Below, in pieces: positions 14,640 through 29,730 of a stretch of 64,000 nt of DNA. The notes under the pieces were generated by a model that was not told where the DNA came from, ran no database searches, and saw only the letters and a program-made list of their open reading frames with translations. Position 1 is the first letter of the stretch, and each line of letters begins with the position of its first letter. This stretch comes from the human T2T-CHM13v2.0 reference genome, Homo sapiens, in the NCBI RefSeq assembly GCF_009914755.1, contig NC_060926.1, one strand, 5' to 3'. Both the position numbers and the translations under genes were made by a program.

Positions 14640-14860
14640 TTGAGTGCCTGTTATACGCTGAGCAATGCAATGCAATGTTTACCAGAGTCCTCTCTAGCTC
14701 TTACATCTTGTCTGTGAGACAGACATTATTATTGCCATTTTAAAAATTAGAGAACAACTTAGGCTCTGATGAGTGAAATGATTTGCACAAGGCCAAGCAG
14801 TAAGTAACTGAGTTTGAATTAAAACCAGGACTGTCCGATTTAAAGGCCCTATTGTTTCTA
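14640..14860 (-). mobile_element. MIR SINE
   Basis: attattattgccatttt...gtgaaatgatttgcacaagg...ccaggactgtccga. Confidence 0.65.
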
Positions 14861-17088
14861 TCATATCAAATTGCTTCCACATGGGCCATTCCACAATGTA
14901 CTTAGTGAAATTATTATTTTAAGAGCAATACACTTCTTAGAGGAACTTAATAATAACCTCCTCTGACTCCCCTGAATTTACGTATCTTTTTCTTTTTTTT
15001 TTGCCTAAATGGGGATATAAACAAAAATAGTGATTATTTTGATTTATATTTACATAATAACTTTTTCACTTTGTATAGATTCAGTTTGTGACTCTAATAA
15101 TACTATTTCTGGCTTCAGGCCTGTTGATGTTCGACTCATGCAGTCACATACTTGTTCTTTAAATGGTTGTGGTGAGGATCATGTGAAGGAAGGAACAGCC
15201 AGAAAAGCATCAAGATAATTGTGACAACTGCCACGGGTGGTACAGTGATTAAAGAGAACAGATATGTAAAAGTAATTTCTTTGCTGAGCCATCACTGGTG
15301 CAGAGAGCAAAACAATGGGGACAGATGTGACTGAAAGAAGTTTTGATGTTATCCTAGTGTTTGGTTTTAATCCCTCCTCACCTCTTGACACCATCAATTT
15401 TTATCTGTCATGTAAAAACAGCAGCAACAGCTCATAGTAGAAGGTATGCTGCAACGGTAAATTTCATGGCAAGACTTCTTACGTAATTCAGGGATCACAT
15501 GAAAGAAAACCACAACATTATCTTCTAGCTTCTTATCTGATTTTGTAAAAAGGTTTCAAGCATACTTTTTTTTTCCATAAGTGTTATTTATCAGAAATCT
15601 TAAATGGTAGAAACCAAACTTTGTGAAACAGGAAGGGTAATAAAGATTCCCGTGTATCTGGGCGGCCACGAAGCATCATGGAGTTTTTGTTTTGTGTCTC
15701 CGTGGAGTTAACTGGTTTTAGCAGTTCTACTGAACTTTAGCTAAAATGAATTACACAAATAACTGATTAGAATTGACTCATGCTAGAATTTGAATTACTA
15801 AAGCATGCAGAAATAAGAGTAAATGCTAAGGGGAGCTTTGCTGCTTTTAGGGTGTTTGATGTGAATTCTGATCTGGTCTCCTACTACCTTCAATCTATTT
15901 GATACCACAGTACAAGGGACACTCAGGTACATGTAGGCTCCAAACCCTTATCTAGTCACATCTTCATGAGCCACACTGACCTTTTTAACATAGAATGTAG
16001 GTTAGAGGCCTATGGTTCGTTTTTGTGGCGTTAAGAGTCCCACCCACCCAAGACCCAGTGAATGAGAATCTCTTGGTGTAGGGACTAGAGATGGACATTT
16101 TAACTATTCTTCCTGGGTGAGTCTGATGCATATTTGGGAACCTCTGCACAGGCCTCCTAAGTATCATTACCCCTTCTAAATATGTGGCATCTCTACCCTC
16201 AGAGAGTGTTACCATATTTGTTAGCGGGAAGGGAAGAGAGAAAAGTGTCAGGCTTGAACAGAAGAGAACTTTGAACATCTATTCAAAGAGTGGAAAACTT
16301 TGAACCTCTTTATTCTACTACCCATACCTCCAAGTCCAGCTGCCTTGGTATAATTATATTTCTTGAATATGCACATTTTCCTTTGAGCTCGAATAGAACT
16401 GCTTCTCCTTGGATGTGGAATTGATGTGAGTAGATAGGAGTGACGCTCTTCCTTAGAGCTGAGATTCTTACTACTGGGGGGAAAAGAGACCAGGCTGCCC
16501 CTATTCCTTATCACACTCCCTTACCCTGATCATTCCAATTCACTATATCTGATACCATCCGTGATTCAGATGCTCACCTCGGGAGAGGAGCTGTTTTTCT
16601 GGATATTAAACTACATGAGCAAGAGTGAACATTTTGTATTGTGTAAAATTCCGTGTTTGGGATGGTGTTAGAGGCAGAGATACTTCCTGGGTCTAATGCC
16701 ATACAGAGAGGCTTGATACTTACCCTCAAGCAGGAATGAGAGGTACATTTAAATTACTAGACTGATTAGACTCCTGAATTTAGAATCCTAATTTAAACTC
16801 CTGAAGAGTTAGCTGAGGGATGTGAGGGGCCTGTACAGTTGCAGACACATCTGTTTCACCCCAAACAGATCCTGTACTGTTTGGAGAGAAACCCCTAGTC
16901 TTCCCTACATCCCTGGCTTTAGATTTTTTGGGGCCTGTTCTTAGAATGAGGTTCATAAGGGAAGGGGCAGTGTGGCCCTCCTGAGACCAGAGGGAATAGG
17001 ATAAGGCAGAAGTTCTCAAGTGTTGAAACGCCTGAGGTTCTTGGTAAAATGCAGATTCCAGACCCCCACCTGGATCCACTGAGGGGAG

Positions 17089-17310
17089 TGCCTTAGTTTC
17101 CTAGGGCTGCTGTAACAAATTACCACACCCTTGTTGGCTTAAAACGGAAATTCATTTTCTCATGGTTTTGGAGGCCAGAAATCTGAAATCAGGGTGTCAG
17201 CAAGGGGTGGTTCCTTCTGGAGGCTCTGAGGGAGAATTCGTTCTATGCCTGTCTCCTAGTTTTGGTGACTGTGGGAAATCCTTGGCATTCCTTGGCTTAT
17301 AATAACATCG
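17089..17310 (-). mobile_element. MLT1C/D LTR fragment
   Basis: ttagtttcctagggctgctgtaacaaattaccaca...ggaggccagaaatctgaaatcagggtgtcagc. Confidence 0.85.
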
Positions 17311-18101
17311 TACCCCAAACAATACAAAACAAAAATAACAAAATACCACCTAAATTAAGTTAGGTGCACTCCTTAGTGTCCCCCTCCCTGAGTGCTTTGA
17401 GTAAATCTCTAATTTTGCTTTGATTGCTCTGGTTAACACACAACCATAAGAACACGACCAGCACTGCAACACTCACCTATCTGACAAGGACACCTGTGCT
17501 TTCCCCTTTACACCCTCTACAAAGGGACTTGGAGGCTCTCTAATAAACCCAAGGACATGCTTTCTGTGGGAAAGAAGTGGGGGCAGGTACTTAGCTCCTG
17601 GGACTCCTGGTGAATGGCTAGTTTGTTCAGCTGTGCTGTCACTTTGTTGCTGTAGACACTAAATTCCAGTCTGGATTACAAACCTTTTGTGAGTAACTCG
17701 GACTAATATTTACAATGCTGGAAGATGTAAAATTTAAAAAGCCAGTTGACCTGAAATAATTTGTTAGTTTTCTCCCCCCTGGCCTAATCCAAGAGCTTTC
17801 TGCTTAGCTCATCAGGTCCTCTGGTGACCTTAATTTACTTTTAGGTAGCAAATTTCCTGTTCCATGCAAGCAGAGGAAGTTCTCTCAATGAAATATAGCC
17901 AAATCAGCACAATACCAATCACCTATCCTATTAATTTCTTTATACTAAGTCTGGAAGGCATTTAGGGCCTTGAATCTCTTTGCCTGCCTGTGTCCTCCCT
18001 CTTTCTCATTTGTAATCCGTCTGTTTTCCCCATTAAACTGTAGGCATCAATGCCAACCATAAGTTTTATACCAAACATATGATTGGCATCCCTTCCTTGG
18101 A

Positions 18102-18350
18102 GGCACTGTACCCTAATGGTTAAGGGCTGTGCCACAGATCCATGACTGTATTCAGCTCTACCATTTACTAGATTGTGATCATAGGCAAGTTATTGAACTG
18201 CTCTAAGCTTCATTTTTCCCATCTGATGAATGGGGGCAATGATGACAATGATCATGATACCCACTTTATTGGATGATTGAGAGAATTAGATTATGTAAGT
18301 TTTATAAAGGGCTTGGTACACAATAAATTCTCAATTAGCTATTTTTGTGA
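18102..18350 (+). mobile_element. MIR SINE
   Basis: atggttaaggg...ctctaccatttacta...ggcaagtta...cccatctg. Confidence 0.7.
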
Positions 18351-18479
18351 TTACAATTGTAATTATATTATTATTATTTGTTTAAAATGCCAGTAAGATA
18401 AGCTTGAGTAAAAGATTTCTTATACTAGGAAAGAAGACAATAACTACAGGATGACAGGCTGAGTAAAATTATTTGCATA

Positions 18480-18660
18480 ATAACCCACATTGATTAGGCT
18501 CTTAGTAGGCATTAGCACAATCCAAAGTTCTTACATCTATGATCTTATTTGATCATCATGGCATGCTAAGAACTATTACTATTACCTTATTTTCCTGATG
18601 AGATAACTGAAGCACAGAGAGATTAAGTATCTTGTTCAAAGTTTGTCAGCGTTAACAAGG
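18480..18660 (-). mobile_element. MIR SINE
   Basis: gatgagataactgaagcacagagagattaagt. Confidence 0.6.
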
Positions 18661-20439
18661 GTCTAAGATTTACCACACACTATGTTATAGTCACTCCACT
18701 GGCTTCAAAAGATTAATATAGGGAAGGTTTCTAAATTGCTCATTTTTATAATATAATTATTCAACATGTTTATGTGTATTCAATACAAATTGTTTACTAT
18801 AACATTATTCAAAAAACTTTCTATTAATACACATATCACAAACACATGTTCCTTTAGGGTGGGGGTAAAAAGCCCCAGCATCTTAGCTTCTAGGTGGGAG
18901 CCTGCAGGCACGGAGTGCTCTTTTTCTCTCTGGTGGTTGCATAGGTTACAGAGCCAGCAGGAAGTCCAGTGCCTGTGGCCAGTAGAGGAATAGCATGGAC
19001 CCTGCAGAGAGACTGTCATCAAGCTGTGCTGGGCAGGTTCTTACACTTTGTGGCGGGGAACTTTCTTGCTGGGAGAGGTTCTTCTGGGCTGTGGCTGCTC
19101 ACAGCCATGCTATAATTGGCTTCTGCAAAGTAGCAAGCATGCTGGCTTTGCTACCCCCATCCATCTGGCTGAGTTTTATGCACATGCAAATAACAGAACC
19201 CTTATTTGTGGCTATCCCTGGGACTCATGAGTCACAACGCATGCATCCATACGGTCTACAATGTCATACAGCCAAAGCTGGGGGTGGGGATTAGAACATT
19301 TAGATTCAGCCAGTCTGACTTTATTGTCTCTGTGCCTCACCAATATATCAGGCCACCTTCCTCCAATAGGAAAATCCTAAAAAAGTCCTGACATTGGTGT
19401 CTCAATCTTTGCCAGATTTTTGGCACACCACAATCTGAGCTTAAATTGTGATGCAAAATATTTCGGACAAGGCTCAGCATTGCTACTTGTTTGTTTGCTT
19501 ATTTTTTGTTGGAAACCCAGTGTAGTTCATTTCATCTCCACACTCAGCTGTTCACTGATAGCTTTTCTTCTTAAAGGAAATATTTTTTAGTACTTGTTGA
19601 TGTTGACTTTAGTAACGCAATATTATCAATAGTATTTAGAATGGTTCTTTAACAAAAATGTAATTTCAAAGCAACCTTATGAAATTTTACTTATAAGTTT
19701 TTCATTTTATAGCACTTGCTCTGGGAAATGGCTACTTGTCAAAATAATGACGGATTCAAATCTCAATGGCGTGTAGTCACATTTCCATAGTAAATATGCA
19801 GTCACAAGTCCTTTCTGGTATTTCAAATTTTCCCACTTTTTTAACATCAACTTACTGATATAAATTCTATTTTCTTTAGATTATTTTTGAATATTGCAAT
19901 TTGAAGGCTGATGAAATTATCTTCGTTATAGAAAAAAGTAACTTTAAAAATTATAATATAGTTTAGAAGCTTTGGAATATGTAGATAAACAAAAAGAAAA
20001 TAAAAATAATTAATAATCTCATCATCCAGAGATAGCCGTTGTTAAAATTTGTTTTTTATAATGAAATGATTTTTTAAAATTTACTGCTTATTGCAGGAAA
20101 ATATACTGACAGAAAATTAAATTATCTGTTTACACTAACCTTGATAGATTTCTTTAAAAAGAAGCCCAAGTCCTCCAAACTATTTAAAAGTAAGCAAATA
20201 AACACTTTATTTGAAATTTTAAAAGGTGAAAAAGCACAAATTAAATATTAAGTTTGATACACAGGTGTTTTAGATTTAGATTGTTTATGATTTAATAGAC
20301 TTTTGTGTTATGTAGCATAATTTTTTGTTGGGATTCAATTTGCATATGGTACACTAAGGTTTCTTATGCATTGATAGCATATAGTATATTTTATGCTTGT
20401 TTTCTAGGGTTTGCAGTGTAATTTTATCTATTTAACTTT

Positions 20440-21215
<776 letters not shown>

Positions 21216-24200
21216 AATTACTACAGAAGTCATATTTATTTGATATCTACTCTTTGCTCCCGACATAACACCCAATCTTCCTGTTATTTCCTCAGGGAAA
21301 TATGGTTTGCTTTACTGTCATGGTTTCCAAGGATGCATTAGGCTTAAAAAAAAAAACCGTAGAACTGCTACCATTTGTTTTGTCTCTATTGTGATAAAAT
21401 TTCCAAGTCATTTACATATTTTCTAGATAGTTGATACATTTTATTAGTTCTTGTTCCCAGCAGATGTGTGAGACAGGCTGGTATTGCAGTCCCTATTGTT
21501 CAGATAAGGAAAGTAGACACAGGGAGAGTAAATGTTTGGCTGAGCCTGGAATTGAAATGCAGTTCTTTTAACATTCCTCTGTGCTGTCTGACTATATAAC
21601 ACTGCTACAGTCATAGATAACTCAGAATTTCCCCAAAACTTGGACTCCCAGAGAAAAAAGATTTCCATGAACACGAATAGGCACTAACTATAAAAACATT
21701 TTTGTAGATGAAATTTACATTTGTATCTAAGAAGTATGGTTAAGCACATTGAGGGGAGTTACTCACTGATTCAACAAACGTTTCTGAGCATTGGGTATTG
21801 TGCCTGCCTCTGCAGGAGATGGAGCTAGGAATATTACTATAACACAAACGTGATAAGTGAAATAATAGAGAATCCCACAGTGTTTTGTGGAAAATATTGG
21901 CCCAGAAGAGGGGCTGGTAACGAGCTTCTTAGAAAAGAAGCATTTGGAAGGTCTTTTGGAGGAGGGGATCCCGGAATCTAATCTGAAATATACAGGGATG
22001 CATTTTATTTTATGTAAAACTTGATACGTCAGTTAGATTTCCTACATTTTTCCCCTCATAATATTTTGACCTCCCAATTTTAAGAAACTTTGTATTCTTA
22101 GAGAACATTTTTTTTTTGAAATTTAAAGAACAGATTGAATTTCCAGAGATGGCAACTGGATGGTAAACTCCTTGAAGATAGGACATCTTATACTACCTTG
22201 TTTTTTTTCCAGGGTCCAGTTGCATAATAGCCTGTTCATTAAGATTATTGCAGGATTGTTTTTGGAGGGGGCTATTTTTGGTAGAAGTGAGTTCTTCATT
22301 TTAATACTACACTTGCCTTCTTTGTCAGTGAATCTAAAGTGCTGAGCTGTTAGATTTGAGGTTGTTCAGATATTTTATTTCAGCTGAATTCTAACATCAT
22401 CAAGTCTTGCATATCAAAATCCATTTACAAATAAATTCAACTGAGCTGCATACAGCCTGTTGGTGGTATTAATTTTTAAAAATAGGTTATGCTATAGATT
22501 TTATTTATAGGCATTTAGATGAGCGTAAAGCTCTAAGGCAGCAAAATCCCATGTACAATACTGATGCCAGCATAGGCCACTTTTCAAGGTTGACATTTTT
22601 GTTTTTCAGATATGATGTGTGCATCATCTTATTCTTTATGTGAGGTTCAATAGATGATCCCTTGTTTGTAAACAGAGGTCAGGCCTAACCAAATTTCAGC
22701 AAAGAAATTCAGTTACAGAAAGAGAATGTAATAACATCAAAACCTTTATGTGGAAACGGTATTTTGCATTTCCTGATAGACATATCCTGGCATCTCTGAT
22801 GACATCCACTAAGGTGGTTCTCTAAAATATTTTATAATTGCTGATGAGTCATTAGGTAATATGGAGAAAATGCCTTAGATCCTTTCTCTTTTTTATGAGA
22901 GGAATGCCTGGGAAAATAAATGAAAGTTCAAGTGGGAGACAGCAGAACATTAGTGATAAAGGAAGCAACATGAGGGGCCTGTGTTTATAAGGGCTTTTAA
23001 AGTTAATTATACCATTAAAAAAATTTGTGAAATGTAAAATATTGGCCCATAGTATAGGATAGTTGTGGGAAATATCTCCTGGAAGTGATACTCTCATAGT
23101 GTGCCACTTTTCCGCATCATCTTAACATTTGTAATAACCTAATGATGGAAAGGAAAAAGCACTTATGGTCCAGAAATAAAAAGAAATAATATATTTTACC
23201 AAGTGAATGGTAAACTATTCTTAGCCAATTAGTAGCCTAATGATCTGCCCAGGCCTGACTGGTTTAAAATGATGGTAATTCTAAAATATAAACAATTGCT
23301 TAAATATATGTCAAAAAGAAAGGAAATGAACGCAAGTCCACTGCCTTAATTTCTTAGAGCAAATCCTAAAATAAATGTTTTGGGAGGTTAGAATAAATGA
23401 AATAAAAATGAAATTACCGTAGTTTTGTAACAGAGTTCTCAAATGAGGGCCTTTGGATGTACTTTTTCAGGGGGTCCTCAAACCTCTTAAAATTGTGTGC
23501 AAATGTAGTAAATCAAAGCCATTTTTCAGGAGTAAGTAGGTCCTACACTTTTATCAGGTTCTCAACAGTTAAGAACCATTGATTAAACCAATTCCTAGTG
23601 TGTGTTAGTTAGAGACAGTGGGTAAATAGTTGGGAAATATAACAAGCCTGTGAAATATGCCTATGTATATGGTAACAAAGATGAAAGGAGGCTATATTTC
23701 TGGGAATGCAATAAAATGGTATCTATGTTATTAAAATGTTTGCATAGAGAACTTTATTCTTTTGTTGAGATGCAAAACTTTTATTTCCCTCTGTACTATG
23801 TTGCCTTGTCCTGCAAACAGACAATGAGAAATAACATTCTCCATGATTAGAGCTGTGCTTAGATCAGAAGTTTGGACATTCTGTTTATTTTTCTTTAGTT
23901 ATCACACTTTGCTTGTACCACATCACAGATTGAATAATGAACAAAGCAAGGGTGGCCTGGTAGCAGCAAGCATTTGACTTGTTACTGAAAATGAGCTTAC
24001 TGGACTTTGAATTGGTTACTTCATATCCCCAAGAACAATTTGCTTCCCCAAGAACAAAATGCTATGTACATTTTGCTTTTTGTTAAGAGCAAGGTCAACT
24101 GTGATTAAAGTCAGCCTATCTTTTGGAATATGAATGCATTTTAAATGGATTTCCATTTTCTAGGATACATAAGCAAGATATTCCTCAAGTCAATGGGGGA

Positions 24201-24462
24201 TGAAAGTGCTCCAGAAATTATCTGTGATCCTGGATCTGTGGAAAACTGTGTGTGTGTGCATGTGTGTGTGTGTATACAAAGTTCATTGAACAAAGTATAA
24301 TAGAAAAGTAGTGTCTACCTTAGGATCAAATTGAAGTTTCCACACCATTTTTTCACCCTCGTTTGACTAGGCTCTCACAGTGGTCTCCAAGATTGTGCAT
24401 TATCAGGTTGGGGGAGGGAGAGTCAAGGAAATATTTTACTCTGTTCTTTTTCCATAGTTTCC

Positions 24463-24770
24463 CTGAGCTCTCAAACTGGCAGCCAGCTGGCTGAAGCCTG
24501 CCCACAGACATGTTTTATTTGGCCCATGCAGTGCTTTTACAATGTTTGTGCCAACATTTTAATAGGAAGATTTCACATATGGATCTGCATTTCTGCATTG
24601 TCTTGAGAAATCAGAAGACATGGGAATAACTGGCTGGAGCTGAGGGGCAGTTGTCTTCCTCCCGCTGGGGCACAGCTTCCTTCTGCAGTTCCTTCCATGA
24701 CTTCATGTGCTCACACCCAGCCCAAGCAGTTATTTACCTGCTTGACTGCTGGAGGCAGTTTGAGATTGGC
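24463..24770. mobile_element. MER102-like hAT-Charlie element
   Basis: ctcaaactggcagcc...cacagacatgttttatttggccc...ggaagatttcacata...ttgagaaatcagaaga. Confidence 0.65.
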
Positions 24771-25897
24771 TTAAGGCTGCCTTTGAGATTGCCTTAGTCT
24801 TCTGATTAATAACCAGGTTTTGTATAAAGCTATCTTCTTGGTCCCAGAGAGCCTTATTACTTAATAATACATAGATATCTGACCATCAAATCTAATAATT
24901 TTCAGGTTCAAAGGATTTGGAATTTCTAATTTGGGCTTGAAGTTGGCAAGGAGTGCAAATAAAAGAGAACACAAATGCCTAAAATGCTTATCTGTCCTTA
25001 CAAACATTCAATTTCTGTTGTGTATCAGAGCTGGTCTGAAGCTGTAATTACAGTAGTGCTGTAACTAACTTGTGCTTGCTGGTTCTGGAATTTGATGATA
25101 AAAAATGGATTTTTTTTGGCCTTAAGACAAAGAGTTGATTGATTAAAAAGGCATTATGGTATATGTAGACTTCTAGGATGTTATGATTTCTTTATGCTTT
25201 GGACAAAACCCTGAGGGAAATTTAATAGATTTGGGTTGTCTCTTTAATTTGTGAGGCTGTAAATTTCTAATTTTAAATGTTCAATTATTTTGGTCAGGAT
25301 AAAGGGCTGTGCAAATTCAGATAGTCTTCCTTTCCAATTGTTCCAAACAACCCTTTCTGGTTATGGATAAATCTCCTTGCCAAAACTCATATTCAACTTG
25401 TTGGAGGGCTAGCCTTTATCTTTCTGCCTAAGGTCTTTGGAAGCCATTTTTAATCCCACTAAATTCTGCAGTTTGATTAAGATAGAGTGGCTGAAACAAG
25501 GTATTTAGTAATATCATGAATGTGAAGGTAATTAGTATTTAATGTCCAAAAGAGAAAAATAAAAGCTTGCCAGTGTGCTAACTTGGAACGATTATATTTC
25601 TTTCGAAACAATTTTGTTTTCACATACTGCTAGCCTAGCAATGAATTAGAATGCATAAAAGCTCAGGGGATTTGAATGTGGGAATGGATAAATGTTTTAT
25701 AATGAGGTAGAGAATTATTGCCCAACCTTAGAAATAAAAGCTACATAAAATTATGAATGTCCAGATCAATAGCATTTTTTAATATTATAAATCACTTTTG
25801 GCAGTGCTTATGTATGAGCAGAGCAGTGATCTAATGATTATGAAATTAGATTTTTTTTCCCTCTCTCTCTTTTTCTCTTCTATTTTTTTCCTCATAG

Positions 25898-25917
25898 AGG
25901 CAGCCGAAGGACTTTGG
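25898..25917 (+). other. Candidate 20-nt microexon of an unidentified host gene
   Basis: ~43-nt polypyrimidine tract 25851-25893 plus catag acceptor; AGGCAGCCGAAGGACTTTGG; donor gtaaac at 25918. Confidence 0.4.
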
Positions 25918-26138
25918 GTAAACCACTATAACTTGCTACATTTCCCCAACAGTGAAATTTTTAGAAATATGTTTGAATGTTCTGAGTACAGACTATATTA
26001 CTTCTGTGATTTTTTTAGGCTGACCAGAGGTGACATCTATTTTTATGTGAAAAGTAAAAATGAGATGATCTGAAAGAGTTAATTTTGATAACTGCTTTTT
26101 TACTTTTTAAGTAATTTTATTGTTTTACTTGTCTTCAG

Positions 26139-26530
26139 GTGTTCTAAGACACAATGGAAAACATAAGAAAAAATGAATTTCCTTTCCTGGACTATAAGGA
26201 AAAAGGCAATCTACTCCAAAAGAAATGAGAAGATGCTTCGTTAGGATTTTATCTAGCACATCTAGAGTCTAGAATGAACAACATTATGTATAGGAGAAAA
26301 GTGGAATATTTATAGTTTTTTGTTTTTTAAAGAGATGAAATCTCACTGAAGGTTCTTTATAAAGCTCCATTATGGGAAGAATCACCTGGACAGATGTTCA
26401 GAATAAAGTCATCATGGTCAAAAGCAAACATTTACCAATGCATGACAGTTTTTGTCTTCTTTTAGGCAGTTGCCTTACCTTTATTAGTGCCTGACAATTT
26501 GCTAGTTAGAATAAAACCATACCTTATGCT
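26139..26530 (+). other. Candidate alternative terminal exon
   Basis: ttttattgttttacttgtcttcag|G acceptor; AATAAA at 26402 and 26510; 3' end approximate. Confidence 0.25.
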
Positions 26531-27135
26531 GGTTTATTGCTTTAAAATTATGCCCATCTGAAAATGTCTAAATGTGCAGAAATGTACCTTTTAAAGGTTA
26601 GTCAATGTGAATTTAGAGCTGTAGGGAATTTAGGTTGCTAGGGGACTCTGTGGTTCTCCTTCAGAATTGTTAAAAAATTCTCTGCCAGCCTGTGAGCTCC
26701 CTGAGGGCAGGCACTGTGCTCATCTCTGTAGTATCTCCTACTCCTAACACAGTTCTTGGCATGTAGTATATGCTCACTTTTCTTATCTAACTGACAAGTG
26801 AAGGGGTAATCAGCTGCTAGTGTTTCTGTTGCTAATATGTGACGGTTTCAGCACCTTGCGAGGCAAGTGTGCGACTTTGGGAGAAACAGAGGTTAACCAA
26901 ACAATCTTGCAAATTAATGTAAAATTCCTGCTTCACTAATCAGATTTTTATCTCTGTTATAGGGGGACAGCCCTCTTAGTTTTGTGAGCAGAGCATAGTT
27001 TGTGAAAGAGCCCATGGTTTTCAGGCCCAGGTGGTGTTTCTTTTGAATTCTTAGGCATCTAGTTTGGACTAGCTTCATGGTTTTTGCCATATACTGCTCT
27101 GTATTGGAGCAGTCTGTCTGGAAGAAGGAACAGTG

Positions 27136-27138
<3 letters not shown>

Positions 27139-27168
<30 letters not shown>
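27139..27168. repeat. (TG)15 microsatellite
   Basis: Directly visible. Confidence 0.97.
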
Positions 27169-27170
<2 letters not shown>

Positions 27171-27364
27171 CTAGTTTTTAGTATCCCCTCTGCTACTGCC
27201 CATGTGACCTTGGCAACTCACTTAACCTCTAGGCCTCAGAGTTATCATGCTAAGATTGGGATTTATAACTGCTATGGCCCCTTTAAACTTCAGTATGCTG
27301 TTTGAATGCATGTTTTAGTGCTTTTATTAGTCTGTATGTTCTTATGCAGCTTTTTGGTGTGTGT

Positions 27365-27585
27365 TTTAAAAAACTTTTTATTATAGATAACTTTGACCAC
27401 ACACAAAAGCAGACAGATCAGTAATATGAACCTGCAAGCATTCATCACCCAGCTCCAACAATCAATCCATCAACTCATGGCCAATTCTGCCCCATTCTGC
27501 CCCATCCTCTTACTCTCCTTATTATCTGGAAGCAAATCTTAGATACTTGTTATTTAATCTGTAAATATTTTGTATTTATATGTTT
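27365..27585 (-). mobile_element. L1MC5-like 3' fragment
   Basis: catcacccagctccaacaatc...aactcatggccaat...gaagcaaatc. Confidence 0.6.
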
Positions 27586-28369
27586 TCTCACCTCTCAGGC
27601 AGGCACCTAACATAGAACCTCGTATACATTAGGAAACAAGATGATGGTTTTGAATAAATGAATGAGAGTGGGTTGGGAAAGGTAAGAGATGAGGCACCTC
27701 ACCCCCCACCCCAAATTATAAATATTTAAAACATTTTAAAAATTGTTAACCTATAGTTCCTCAGGGCAGTGGAGGGGGAGGAGCCAAGGCTTCCAGTTAT
27801 TGGGAATCCTAATTTGGTGTGGAATATTAAAGGGCAACTTTATCTATTACATGTAATCACTGTATCACCAGGGAGCCCCAGCATGTTCCAAGAAGTTAAG
27901 GTACATGCCAAAGATAAGCAAAAAAAGGCATGCAACCCTATGGGTGCATCTTGAGGAAATATATTAGCATTAGGAGATAGCACAACCTAAAGGCCAAACT
28001 GTGTTCATCTAATTTAATGGGAATTTAAAAATTTATGGGAAGGACTTGACACTTGATGCTTCTCTTTATTTTATACTTTCTATTACCTGTTTTCTAAACA
28101 TTTTTTATCCTTCACAATAGTCTCTTTTCCTTCTTTCTTTTCTTTTCATTATTTTCCCAACAATGCTAAAGCACTCAAGGGAGTTTTGTTGAGCACTGAA
28201 TTATGTGTAATATATTTTAGCCAAAGTATGCATACTTACTTTGGATGTATTACTCCCAAATGTATAGGCAACATAGTCTGCATACCACAAATAAAATAAA
28301 AACAAGAATAAAAAATTCTAAGTAAAAAACTTTCCTTTATGCACTAAAAGTATTTGGTAAGACTGTTAA

Positions 28370-28850
28370 AAGCAGCATTATGTACAGTAAATATAAAACT
28401 GCAAATATATACTATATGTATACTTATAAGGTATAGCAAATATAAAACTTCAAATAATCTAAATATCCTTTAACAACAGAATGGATAAGTGGAATACTAT
28501 GCACTAGTTAAAAATAATAAACTATGGCTACCTGCAACATTATGGACGTATTTTACAGACATAATGTTAAGTGAGAGATTATATGTTGCACTATTCCATT
28601 TACATCAGGTTCAAAAACAGGTGAAATCAATCTGTGGAATCAGAAGTCAGGATAATGGTTAACTTGATGGGGGAGTAGGTGATGACGGGACAGAGCTTGA
28701 GAGAGGATTCTAGACATTGCAGATGTTCTATATCTTGAGTTGGGTGGTGGCTACACAGTTGTGCTCATTTTGTAAAATTTTATCAAGCTGTTCATTTAAG
28801 ATCTATGTACTTCACAGTATGTAATTATATTTAAATGAAAAAGTAAAAGG
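28370..28850 (+). mobile_element. Old L1 (L1ME-like) 3' end
   Basis: agaatggataag...tggaatactatgca...gttcaaaaacagg...agaagtcaggata...ttgggtggtggctacac. Confidence 0.7.
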
Positions 28851-29730
28851 AAAAAATCCTTCCTTTTGATTACTTAGGAACACCTAAAGTTTAAACCTAT
28901 TGTCAGCCTGACCATATAAAAAATAAGACTTGCCTTACTAATCAGATTTTCTCTGTTGTATGGGAGATAGACCTGGTAGACTGAGGAAGAAGTTATAGAC
29001 ACACGAAGTTTTTACTGTACAAAGTATTTGTTTCTCTGCCTCGTGGGATAATAATCATCAATAAACTGTGAAATGATTGTTACAATAAAGTACTAGTTGG
29101 ATACATCAGTGTTGGCAGCTGTGGAAAACTTATTATTTTCCTACAGGGTGCATAATTAATGGGTCATGTAAGGGAAGGTCCTGACTCAGGGTTGGAGTAT
29201 GTATTATACTTGCCAAAGGAGTATGACAAGAGGACTTCAGAATGAAGTTCAGCATATATTTAGTTGCAAGAGCAACTATACATATAAGTAGTATTTTAAT
29301 ACAATGGAAATAAACCTAGGGCTGAATTGATAGGTGAATACAGTAAAAAATGTATTGCCTTTAGAAAAGGGTAAAGGAAGTGATACTCACATGATATAAA
29401 TAGTAACACTTTTAGATAGGAGATAATTCTTCCTTATATCAAGTTGAGTAGGACTATTTTGGGTATCATGTGCAGAACTTGTCCTAGATAGGATTTTGCT
29501 ACTGGGAACATTTGGCTCTGGTGCCTTTTTTCTTCTCTTTGTTTTAAGTACAGAATGGTATCATATGAGAACAAAACACGAACTTTGGAGTTAGACTGCT
29601 ATTAGTTCAAATCTTGTCTCTATCTTAAGTCGTTTGACTTTGGCAAGTAACTTCTCTGACACTAATTTTTTCATATTTAAAATGGGGGTTCTACCTAACT
29701 GGGATATTTAATAGATATATCAATCTATCT

